A stretch of 59,953 bases of DNA, taken from sequence record DRR723986_5249, one strand, 5' to 3'. The notes under the pieces were generated by a model. That model saw only the letters and a program-made list of their open reading frames with translations. It did not search any database and had not been told where the DNA came from. Below, piece by piece: positions 1-8,200 of the stretch (positions are counted from its first letter, which is position 1; each line of letters begins with the position of its first letter). The position numbers and the translations under genes are program-made.

Positions 1-1818
1 CATGCCGCCCTGAATGGGGCCAGGACGTACGATCGCTATTTGAATCACTAAATCGTAGAAGCAGCTAGGTTGAAGGCGGGGAAGCATGGTCATCTGTGCC
101 CGGGACTCAATCTGAAAGACCCCAATACTGTCTGCGCGTTTGAGCATGGCATAAGTCTCTGCATCTTCTGCAGGGATATCACTTAGCCTGATATCTGTGC
201 CCGCGGCATCACTGATATACCGCAGGCTTCGGCGCAAGGCGCTTAGCATTCCTAAGGCCAAGATATCAATTTTCAACATGCCCAAGGCTTCCAGGTCGGA
301 CTTGTCCCATTGAATAATGGTGCGCTCGGGCATGGCGGCATTTTCCTGGGGCACCAAGGTATTGATCGGCTCACGACTGATAACAAAGCCGCCAACGTGT
401 TGAGACAAATGCCGGGGGAATCCGATAAGGGCATTGACCGCATCGATGAATTGCTGGCCGCGGTGATCCGATGTGCTTATACCCAGCTCACTGAGGCGCA
501 GGGCTAAGCTGCTTTGGTTGTCCCACCACGCCATATTTTTACTGAGCTGGTTGATGAGCTGGGTGTCCAAGCCCAGTGCCTTGCCCACATCGCGCACAGC
601 GCTTCGGCGCCGGTAGCTAATAACGGTGGCAGCCAAAGAAGCATGGCTGCGACCATACTTGCGATAAATGTATTGAATCACCTCCTCTCGGCGTTCGTGT
701 TCGAAATCGACATCGATATCCGGAGGTTCATCGCGCTCCCGAGAGATAAAGCGTTCAAATAGCAGCTCGCTCCGGCTTGGGTCGACTTCCGTGATGAATA
801 AGCAATAACACACTGCTGAGTTTGCCGCGGAGCCCCGGCCCTGGCAGAGGATGCCCTGGCTTCGGGCGAACTGGACGATGTCGTAGACAGTGAGGAAATA
901 GTGCTCATAGCGTAGCTCAGCAATGAGGCTTAGCTCTTTATCAATACTGCTCTGAACATCGCCTGGAATGCCTTGCGGCCAGCGTTTCTCGGCGCCCATT
1001 TGGGTTAGCTCGCGCAAAAAAACGGTGGCACTTTTTTCCTTGGGTACCAGCTCGGTGGGGTATTGGTACTTTACCTCTTTTAGGTCGAACTGGCAGCGAG
1101 CGGCAAGTTTGTCGCTTTCGTCTAACAAGGCCTGAGGGTAGTCGCGCGATAATAGCTCCCGAGGTTTTATATAGTATTCGCTATTCATCAAGGTGTTGCG
1201 GCCGAGTTGGCCAACGGTTGAATGCAGGCGAATTGCGCGAAGCACATCGAATAGGGGGTGGCGGCTGCGACAGTGCATCAAAATATGGGGGGCGGCCACA
1301 AGCGGAATTTGGTAGCGGCACGCCAGGTCATAGTGTTTGAGGTAATACGCTTCCTGTTGGGCAGTGCAGTGCAGCGCGACACCCAGCCACAAGCGCGCAG
1401 GGAACAAGGCCTTTAAGTCCTTCAAGTCAGTTGCGCCACATTTACTTTCAGGAAGATAAATCGCGAGTAGGTGCCGGTTGAAGCGCTGAAGTGCCTCCAC
1501 GCTCAGGGCATAATTGCCTTTGGCGCTATGCAAACGGCTGTAACTGATGAGTGAGCATAGCTCGCTGTAAGCTTGCCGACAGGGCGCGACGAGTAGCAGT
1601 TGGAATCCTTCTTGAAACTGGAAGCGTGCGCCGCATATCAGCTTGATATTTGCGTCTTTGGCCGCTTGCCAGGCCCGCACTATTCCCGCCAGAGAAGCTT
1701 CGTCACACAGGGCGATTGCACTGTAGCCATTCGCCTCGGCTTGGGCAACCAGCTCCTCCGGGTGGGATGCCGCGCGTAAGAAACTGAAGTTACTCTGACA
1801 GTTCAGCAGTGTGGCCAT
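1..1818 (-). CDS. dnaE2: Error-prone DNA polymerase III alpha subunit DnaE2 (ImuC); 5' part only, runs off the left edge
   Basis: Not in the ORF track because no stop lies in the window. Hand translation from ATG at 1818 is open to position 1: MATLLNCQSNFSFLRAASHPEELV...GRGSAANSAVCYCL...LLFERFISRERDEPPDIDVDFEHERREEVIQY...FPRHLSQHVGGFV...IIQWDK...KIDILALGML...VFQIESRAQM...IVRPGPIQGGM. Directly downstream of imuB. Confidence 0.97.
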   Translation of the reverse strand, partial: MATLLNCQSNFSFLRAASHPEELVAQAEANGYSAIALCDEASLAGIVRAWQAAKDANIKLICGARFQFQEGFQLLLVAPCRQAYSELCSLISYSRLHSAKGNYALSVEALQRFNRHLLAIYLPESKCGATDLKDLKALFPARLWLGVALHCTAQQEAYYLKHYDLACRYQIPLVAAPHILMHCRSRHPLFDVLRAIRLHSTVGQLGRNTLMNSEYYIKPRELLSRDYPQALLDESDKLAARCQFDLKEVKYQYPTELVPKEKSATVFLRELTQMGAEKRWPQGIPGDVQSSIDKELSLIAELRYEHYFLTVYDIVQFARSQGILCQGRGSAANSAVCYCLFITEVDPSRSELLFERFISRERDEPPDIDVDFEHERREEVIQYIYRKYGRSHASLAATVISYRRRSAVRDVGKALGLDTQLINQLSKNMAWWDNQSSLALRLSELGISTSDHRGQQFIDAVNALIGFPRHLSQHVGGFVISREPINTLVPQENAAMPERTIIQWDKSDLEALGMLKIDILALGMLSALRRSLRYISDAAGTDIRLSDIPAEDAETYAMLKRADSIGVFQIESRAQMTMLPRLQPSCFYDLVIQIAIVRPGPIQGGM

Positions 1819-1825
1819 GGCGCTT

Positions 1826-3289
1826 TCAGGAAAAAAAGCCGTGCAGGTACCACTGCTGACTGAGGCAGTCTTTAAATAGCCAGCACAGGCCGTGGTCGTT
1901 GTGTCGGGCGATGTAGTAGTCGCGAACCTGGCGTTGCTGCCACCAATTGCTATCCAGGCGCTCCGGGCCCTGAAGTATTTCAAGGGGGCCCTGCCAGACT
2001 AAGCCGGTGGTAGTGCGTTGAAGCGGCAGAGGCGTCGGCAACAGCAAACTGGGTCTGAGTGCTTCACTGCTTGCCTCGTGGTCACGGTGTTCGCAGTTAT
2101 AGTCGCTGACGGGGCACGCAACGCCTTGTTGTTCCGGTAACACTCGGTCGTCTATCTTCAACTGTTGAAGCGCATTGTCACCTAGGCGCAGCTGCAAGCT
2201 GTTGATTAGGCGAAGTTGGGCGTCACTCTGCTCGGTGGCTTCTCTATGCTCGTCAAAAAGTTGCTGTTTGGTGGCTTCCAGGCTGACAAACTCTCTGCAT
2301 TCCAAAGTAATGCCTTCTACAGCGCCAGCTAAGGTAAACCCTTCCAGCTGCAGAGCGATGAGTTCGAGAAGGTTTTTGCGGTGAAAGTGGCGGTGATTAA
2401 CCGGCGTTTTCCAGTGCTGGCGTTCGCCGCTCAAATAGTGGAAGGTCCAGTGCAGGTCACGGTTTAAGCACTGGCGCAGACGTAAATAGACCTCTAGCTC
2501 TTTGAGCATGGCAGACATCGGAAAGCGCAGCTGGTCACTCTGAAATAAGCCGCCATCAAACTGACGCTCACTGACAAAAACATCAGTGGGTTGGTAGCGC
2601 TGTCTTGGATCCTGCTTGCGCCCAGTTAGGCGGGCGACAAAGTCGGCCATAACCGGGTCGAAGCTGCTCAACAGTTGCTTGCGCGGCAGGCTAAGAACAT
2701 CGCCTAGTCGCCTCAGGCCCATATTGTGCAGCGCTTCTAATTGGACGCTTGGCAGCGGGAGCTGGCGGCAGGGTAGTGACGCCAGTGCGCGCTTTAGTGC
2801 ATCGCGTTTGAGCTCGCCCTCGGCATTTACTAGATGAGCGGGGCGAATGCCTTGCAAGCTTAAGAGTTCTGCTGCCAAAGGGGTATTGCCCAGGCCAATA
2901 TTTAACTGTAAGCCGCGTTTTCGGTAGGCTGAAAGCAGGGCGCGATACAAACGCTGCAAGTTGCCAAATAGCTTGATCGAGCGGCTCACCTCCAATAAGA
3001 GTGCGTTGGGCGGCGATAGACTGATGTCGTCGCTGAAGCGATAGGCCCAAAGAGCCAGGCGCTGCCAGTGGGTCTGTTCGCACTCGCTCTGCTGCGGTTG
3101 GCAATAGAGCGAGGGGCAAAGCGCTAAAGCAGTGGTTAACGACATTCCCTCGGTAACGCCCGCGAGCCTGCTAGCGGCGTTCACCAGTGCTACCTGTTGC
3201 TGTGCAATCAGGGCGCAGGGCTCGCTCAGCGGTGCGCCGGGCAAGGCCTCCAAACCCAGTAGTGGGAACCGTAAGCACACATACAGCAT
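1826..3289 (-). CDS. imuB: ImuB, catalytically inactive Y-family DNA polymerase
   Basis: 487 aa. Y-family-like N-terminus (GVTEGMSLTTALALCP, WAYRFS), beta-clamp-type QQLF motif, C-terminal GPERLDSNWW..RDYYIA..W.F..WYLHGFF typical of ImuB. Lies between imuA and dnaE2. Confidence 0.93.
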   Translation of the reverse strand: MLYVCLRFPLLGLEALPGAPLSEPCALIAQQQVALVNAASRLAGVTEGMSLTTALALCPSLYCQPQQSECEQTHWQRLALWAYRFSDDISLSPPNALLLEVSRSIKLFGNLQRLYRALLSAYRKRGLQLNIGLGNTPLAAELLSLQGIRPAHLVNAEGELKRDALKRALASLPCRQLPLPSVQLEALHNMGLRRLGDVLSLPRKQLLSSFDPVMADFVARLTGRKQDPRQRYQPTDVFVSERQFDGGLFQSDQLRFPMSAMLKELEVYLRLRQCLNRDLHWTFHYLSGERQHWKTPVNHRHFHRKNLLELIALQLEGFTLAGAVEGITLECREFVSLEATKQQLFDEHREATEQSDAQLRLINSLQLRLGDNALQQLKIDDRVLPEQQGVACPVSDYNCEHRDHEASSEALRPSLLLPTPLPLQRTTTGLVWQGPLEILQGPERLDSNWWQQRQVRDYYIARHNDHGLCWLFKDCLSQQWYLHGFFS

Positions 3290-3292
3290 GGA

Positions 3293-4051
3293 TTATGACC
3301 GTATTACTGGGTGGCTAGAGGGTGTTGACGGACGTCCAGCGACATGGAGATTGACCGCAAGGCGCCGCCGCGGGTTGGTGTTTGTTGGCCACTCATTAAC
3401 AGGGCGCTGGGCTTCAGTTAGCTGTTTATTTCGCGGCAGTGTGAGTTGCTGACCGGCGTGACCACCGTATTGTTTAAGAATGACCAACTTAATGTCTCGA
3501 GGCCCCCCTTCGACCTGTACGCGCAGCGGGGCAGGCGAGGCTTGCGGTTGGCTGCGGCTTGGGCGGAAGTGAAGGTGCCAGCAGTGACCTTCACGTGCTG
3601 CCAAATGTAATCGCCGTAGCTGCTTGTCATTCGGCGAACAATTTGCCGACCAGCTGAGTAGCGCGCAAAAGACCCCGCTGCGCAAGGCCTCTTCGGCGGC
3701 CCAAAGCTGGTGTTGACGATGGGCATGAATCAGCCACTGCTGTCGTGCAGCCAGGCCGTGCTGAGCAAGCCCAGGGGCAAAGGGTAGATAAGGCGGGTTT
3801 AACCAGGCAATGGGGCGGTCGCGATTGAGCTGGCTCAGCGTAGGCATGACCAATTCCAGCTCGCCGACCCCAGGGGTGTCACACAAAAATTCACTGCTGC
3901 CGCTGCTCGGCCAGCCGCCTTGGTGTAAGGCTCGGTCTAGGGGAGCAAAGCCCGTCGCGTTACTCTGGCCGCCTACTGTGTGGCGGCGACGTTGTTTGGC
4001 TGGCCACAGCTGCTGTCGGTTGATAAGTTGTTCAAGTGTTTTACTAGGCAT
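3293..4051 (-). CDS. imuA: ImuA, RecA/SulA-like translesion synthesis accessory protein
   Basis: Motifs TGFAPLDRALHQGGWP, GVGELEL, LWAAEEALRSG, LRRLHLAA, SPAPLR. Start moved from 4123 to ATG 4051 (MPSKTLEQL) because the longer ORF would contain the SOS box. Confidence 0.92.
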   Translation of the reverse strand: MPSKTLEQLINRQQLWPAKQRRRHTVGGQSNATGFAPLDRALHQGGWPSSGSSEFLCDTPGVGELELVMPTLSQLNRDRPIAWLNPPYLPFAPGLAQHGLAARQQWLIHAHRQHQLWAAEEALRSGVFCALLSWSANCSPNDKQLRRLHLAAREGHCWHLHFRPSRSQPQASPAPLRVQVEGGPRDIKLVILKQYGGHAGQQLTLPRNKQLTEAQRPVNEWPTNTNPRRRLAVNLHVAGRPSTPSSHPVIRS

Positions 4052-4070
4052 TGGACATGGTGCGAATCTA

Positions 4071-4094
4071 TATACTGTATGCATATACAGTATA
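4071..4094. promoter_or_regulatory. LexA SOS box (CTGT-N8-ACAG)
   Basis: TATACTGTATGCATATACAGTATA, with core CTGTatgcatatACAG at 4075-4090, just upstream of the imuA start. Matches the gammaproteobacterial LexA consensus. Confidence 0.93.
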
Positions 4095-4154
4095 TCAACT
4101 GGCTGGAAAGTCAATAAATCCAACGCGTCGTTCTATGACAAATCAGGAGCTGGT

Positions 4155-4733
4155 ATGCAATGCCCCCTAGCGTCACTCATCCACGATTACCGCCTAGCCC
4201 TGGCTGAAAGTGATACGGCGGCACGTTATTGCAGTGTGGCGACGGTAGATGGTCAGCAGGCGAGCACAAGAACGGTGGTACTGCGTGATATCACCACTTT
4301 AGGGCCAATGATTTTTATCAACGATAGCTCGCCAAAGTGGCCGGTGCTGATGGCAGGTGGCAGCGAGGTATTGCTGTTCTGGCCTTCGCAAATGCGCCAA
4401 TACCGCCTGCGCGGTACATGGCAGGTGCTGGGTGAGAACGAGATGCTTGAGCACTGGCAGAATAAACCCGATGCGGCAAAACTGTTGGATCACCTGTACC
4501 AGCGCCTCCCGCAAAGCTCGACGCTAACCTCAGCTGCACAGCTGCGAGAGGAGCTCGATGGCTTGCGACAACGCTTTGCTGGCGCCGACATTCCCTTTGT
4601 TGGTAACGCGCGGGGAGTGGTTCTGGCAGTGGACTATCTGGAGTCCTGGTGCGCAGCAGCGGATGGTGTACATCAGCGCCGCCTGTATCGGCGGCTCAAT
4701 GGCGACTGGCTCAGCGAGCCTTTGGTTCCTTAG
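4155..4733 (+). CDS. Pyridoxamine 5'-phosphate oxidase family FMN-binding protein
   Basis: AGGAG RBS then ATG at 4155. CSVATVD..STRTVVLR..SPKW..LLFW..RQYRLRG..HQRRLY..W...LVP resembles the PdxH split-barrel fold but is diverged. Confidence 0.75.
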   Translation: MQCPLASLIHDYRLALAESDTAARYCSVATVDGQQASTRTVVLRDITTLGPMIFINDSSPKWPVLMAGGSEVLLFWPSQMRQYRLRGTWQVLGENEMLEHWQNKPDAAKLLDHLYQRLPQSSTLTSAAQLREELDGLRQRFAGADIPFVGNARGVVLAVDYLESWCAAADGVHQRRLYRRLNGDWLSEPLVP

Positions 4734-4740
4734 GGACTGG

Positions 4741-6312
4741 CTATTCCACGTACGCTGGTTGTGGCAATAGGCCGCTGGCATAGGCCATTACATGGAAGAG
4801 AAAATTCTGCTCATTTGTGCCCGATAGCAGCGCTGCACCGGGGCCAATGGCGTAAACAGCAACATCCTCGCCGCCGTGAGTTTCACTACTGAGAGGAACG
4901 AGAGCGTCCTGTTGAAACCCTCTGTCCTGGGTGTCAACGCCGTGCAGATCGCGGCGACTGCCAGCCGCCGTCTGCTCTTGGGCGCTGAAATACTCAGAGC
5001 CGGGGCCGTTGGCATAAGCCAGGGTTGTGTAGGGCAGGCCATCTGCCGCGGTGCTTGGAGTACTGCTGCCCACGCTGACCACCTTACCCAGTATCGGGTT
5101 GCCCCGCCGAGGATAGCCTGCAATCGTGAAAACATGGCTGTGATCCGCTGTGACGACAATGAGGGTGTCCTCGGGGCTGGTTTGCTCTACGGCAAGTGCC
5201 ACTGCCTCAGATAAAGCAATGGTGTCATGCAAGGCCTTACTGGCATTGCCGGCGTGGTGGCCGTGGTCGATGCGTCCCGCTTCAACCATAAGGAAAAAGC
5301 CCTGCTCATTTTTGCTGAGTAATGCGAGGGCCGCCTCGGTCATTTCCCTTAGCGATGGCTCGTTGTCAGGTTCGTCGCGGCGTTCTAGCTCATACTGCAT
5401 GTGTGAGCCACTGAAAAGCGCGAACAGTTTTTCTGTGGCCGCTAAGTCGAGTGCATTCAGCGCTGCTTTACTATCGAGGTAGCGTGCTGCTGGGTATTGC
5501 TGCTGCCACTCAGCGAGTAAATTGCGCCCGTCAGTGCGCTGGCCCCCATCGATACTGGCGGGTAAGAAATGCCGTCGTCCGCCGCCCATAACCACGTCAA
5601 TGCCGTCAACGTCCACATTGGCAAAGCGGGCCTCCAGGTTTTTTTCGAAGCCGATTAGTTGACTGGCAATATCCTCACAGCCAGCTGAAATTGCCTGTTG
5701 TGGCAAGGTGCTGTTGTCTTCCCAGTCACGGTCAGCCGATTTGGCATACGTCGCCGCGGGGGTGGCGTGGGTAACACGTGCGGTGGACACCAGACCTGTG
5801 GTCTTGCCGGCAATTTCTGCGAGTTCGAGCAGGCTAACTAGCGCATTTCCCGTGGCGCTGCTGCAATCGCCGCGGCGAGTATTTTCGTCAACGCCTAGCA
5901 AACCAATATTGGTTTTAACGCCCGAGACTATCGCGGTCATGGTGCCGGCCGAATCTGGGGTTTGAGCATCCACATTGTAGGTTTTTACCAGGCCGCTGAA
6001 AGGAAAATGGTCAAAGCTCAGGTTGTTTTCCTCCCCGGCCATTCCCTTATGCTGGCCGTCGAGAATGCGAGCGGCGGTAATAGTGGAAACCCCCATACCA
6101 TCGCCGACAAACAGGATAATATTTTTGGCTTTGCCGTGAGCCTGGGCATAGGTTGTTTTGTCGAGTAGCTGGCGCTGCGCTTGCTGATACCAGGGGTTGG
6201 TTAGCGTATTTTCTAACAGTGGTGATGAGAGGTGCGGGGGTGGCGGTGTTTTGCTGCAGCCAACACCCGCAATAACGCCGAGAAGTAACCCAAACCGAAG
6301 ATACAAGCGCAT
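4741..6312 (-). CDS. phoA: Alkaline phosphatase, PhoA (Zn/Mg) family lipoprotein
   Basis: Motifs NIILFVGDGMG, TPDSAGT (catalytic Ser), THATPAA, FLMVEAGRIDHGHH, TADHSH, HGGEDV. Lipobox GVGC after ATG 6312 (MRLYLRF). Confidence 0.92.
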   Translation of the reverse strand: MRLYLRFGLLLGVIAGVGCSKTPPPPHLSSPLLENTLTNPWYQQAQRQLLDKTTYAQAHGKAKNIILFVGDGMGVSTITAARILDGQHKGMAGEENNLSFDHFPFSGLVKTYNVDAQTPDSAGTMTAIVSGVKTNIGLLGVDENTRRGDCSSATGNALVSLLELAEIAGKTTGLVSTARVTHATPAATYAKSADRDWEDNSTLPQQAISAGCEDIASQLIGFEKNLEARFANVDVDGIDVVMGGGRRHFLPASIDGGQRTDGRNLLAEWQQQYPAARYLDSKAALNALDLAATEKLFALFSGSHMQYELERRDEPDNEPSLREMTEAALALLSKNEQGFFLMVEAGRIDHGHHAGNASKALHDTIALSEAVALAVEQTSPEDTLIVVTADHSHVFTIAGYPRRGNPILGKVVSVGSSTPSTAADGLPYTTLAYANGPGSEYFSAQEQTAAGSRRDLHGVDTQDRGFQQDALVPLSSETHGGEDVAVYAIGPGAALLSGTNEQNFLFHVMAYASGLLPQPAYVE

Positions 6313-6378
6313 AGCGCCCCCTGAGCAGCCGGTAGATAGCACCGAAGTATAGGGCTGCTTAGGGGGTAATCCCAGTGG

Positions 6379-8109
6379 CTAGGGCTCCGCTTGCCAGTTC
6401 AGGCGCAGGTCCCAATGCCGCACTTTGTCGGCGGGTAACACGCTGGCTGTTTCAGGGTCGATCTCCCGGTAGACATTCACCGCCGGTGCAATGTTGGGGT
6501 CGCGCCCATGCACAAAGTCTTGGTCGGCAACAATCGTCATATAGGCTTTATTCAAGTCCAGTGCTCGGCGCAGGGAGGGCGTAATAAGCTGGTAAACATC
6601 TTTGCCGGCCAGCGCAGCGGTATTTAAGCTGCCATCTTCATTGAGAAAGCGTTGACGAATTTCGGCGTTTTCTCGGAACTCATTGCCACCGCCCACTGTT
6701 GCCAGATAGTCAGCGATTTCTCCGAGCACTTCGCCATCGACCTTTTGTTGGCCAACGTAAGGTGCGTCTTGCATACCTTTCAGGTTGATATAGGACCAAC
6801 CCTTGCTCCCAGTCACCTTGCGAGCAAAGGCGAAGGTTTGGTCAATGGTGGTGCCAACGGTTGTGTGGCAGCCCATGCAAAATAAGTTCTCTTCCTCACT
6901 TTGCATCCGCAGGCTGCCTTGCTCATCTTCGATAAAGCCGAGCATCATCCAGCCAAAGCTGTTATCGGTTCCCTTGTCTCCGCGGTTGATATATTTGGGG
7001 ATCAACTCATCGACTTTCTCCTGGCGCTCATTGCCGTACATCGATACCAAGTGCTCTGGTGGATAGAACACAAACTTATTCATGTAACGCAGCTCTTTCA
7101 TACGAGGAGGCACGGTGATCTCGCCGTCCTCGTTGATACCGACATAGCGCACACTGTGCAGAAATTCCGTGCCCAGGGGGTATAGCATGGTTGCTACCAC
7201 TTCATCGGCGGCGTCACCCACATAGTGCTCAGGGCGCTTGATACGGTTGACTACGCTGAGTTCTTCGTCACCGTTTAGATCGACGCAAAAGGCCCGCTCG
7301 TCGATGTCCGGGGTCGAAATATCGTGTAGATCCTTAATAGCCATTTCCAGTATGGAGAGGTTTGCCAGATAGGCGTCTTTTGAATATTGGCCGTCACCGC
7401 CACAGCTGGCTTGGCGAAACTTGGCAGGCAGGCGAATCATGACATCGTCGGTTGCGCCATTGGTTGGCCAGAATGTGCTGGGCAGGGGTTTGTAATTGAA
7501 GGCCACCCAGTGGCTGCCATCTTTGGCAAAGCCGAGCTCATCGAAAGCCTCTGCCCCCAGTGCTAAATTTTTTAGCTCGGGAATGGGGCCCTGCCAGTCG
7601 CGGGTATTTTTAAGTTGTTCAATCAGCGGGCTGTAATTATCGGTATGAATATAGTCCAGCACATGCTGGTCGCTGATTTTTTCAATGCGTTCGCGGCGAT
7701 CTTCAAAAAGGTTGGTCCAGTGGTTAACTTCGCCAATGTCAGAGAACAGGTAGGCGACCTGCTGACTGCCATCGTCCATGGTGTTGGGCCTGCTGCGATA
7801 GGGGTAGGTTTGGTGGCAGGTCATGCAAGGATTGTACTTGGCTTCGTGCTTGGTATAGCACTGGGGTGGGATAACCGCCTCTGCATTGTAAATGGTTTCT
7901 GGTTTGGGCTGGCGCAGGGTCGGTGTTGGTGACGCGGTGGCAACCTCGCCTGGAAACGAAAGGCTACTTAGCAGTTCCTGGTCTGCCGCCGGGAGCTTGT
8001 CCCCCGATTGCTCCGGCGCTTGCTGGCCAGGGGGCGCCGTTGTGTGGGCGTTGTCACCACTGCATGCATACAGCAAGGCACTGAGAAGAATCATCCAGGT
8101 TTTTTTCAT
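6379..8109 (-). CDS. Uncharacterised lipoprotein with two c-type haem motifs (putative di-haem cytochrome c)
   Basis: Lipobox MKKTWMILLSALLYA-C. CMTCH near the N-terminus and CMGCH in the C-terminal third. No family recognised. Confidence 0.75.
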   Translation of the reverse strand: MKKTWMILLSALLYACSGDNAHTTAPPGQQAPEQSGDKLPAADQELLSSLSFPGEVATASPTPTLRQPKPETIYNAEAVIPPQCYTKHEAKYNPCMTCHQTYPYRSRPNTMDDGSQQVAYLFSDIGEVNHWTNLFEDRRERIEKISDQHVLDYIHTDNYSPLIEQLKNTRDWQGPIPELKNLALGAEAFDELGFAKDGSHWVAFNYKPLPSTFWPTNGATDDVMIRLPAKFRQASCGGDGQYSKDAYLANLSILEMAIKDLHDISTPDIDERAFCVDLNGDEELSVVNRIKRPEHYVGDAADEVVATMLYPLGTEFLHSVRYVGINEDGEITVPPRMKELRYMNKFVFYPPEHLVSMYGNERQEKVDELIPKYINRGDKGTDNSFGWMMLGFIEDEQGSLRMQSEEENLFCMGCHTTVGTTIDQTFAFARKVTGSKGWSYINLKGMQDAPYVGQQKVDGEVLGEIADYLATVGGGNEFRENAEIRQRFLNEDGSLNTAALAGKDVYQLITPSLRRALDLNKAYMTIVADQDFVHGRDPNIAPAVNVYREIDPETASVLPADKVRHWDLRLNWQAEP

Positions 8110-8134
8110 TGCGGATACCAACATGTTTACTAAT

Positions 8135-8164
8135 AAAAAAAGGGGCGAAGAATCCGCCCCTTTT
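8135..8164 (-). terminator. Intrinsic terminator downstream of phoX
   Basis: + strand AAAAAAA-GGGGCG-aagaatc-CGCCCC-TTTT. GC stem followed by a 7-U tract on the - strand. Confidence 0.8.
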
Positions 8165-8200
8165 GTTTACTGTTGCTTGGCCCATCGGCCGCGCGTCGTA

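Noticed and set aside
1-1818. dnaE2 as a pseudogene, since it is absent from the ORF track
   Set aside because: Hand translation shows no stop or frameshift from 1818 to 1; the gene simply extends beyond the window.
3810-4154. 307-aa version of the PNPOx-like ORF overlapping imuA
   Set aside because: The extension is antisense to imuA and crosses the SOS box; an RBS supports ATG 4155.
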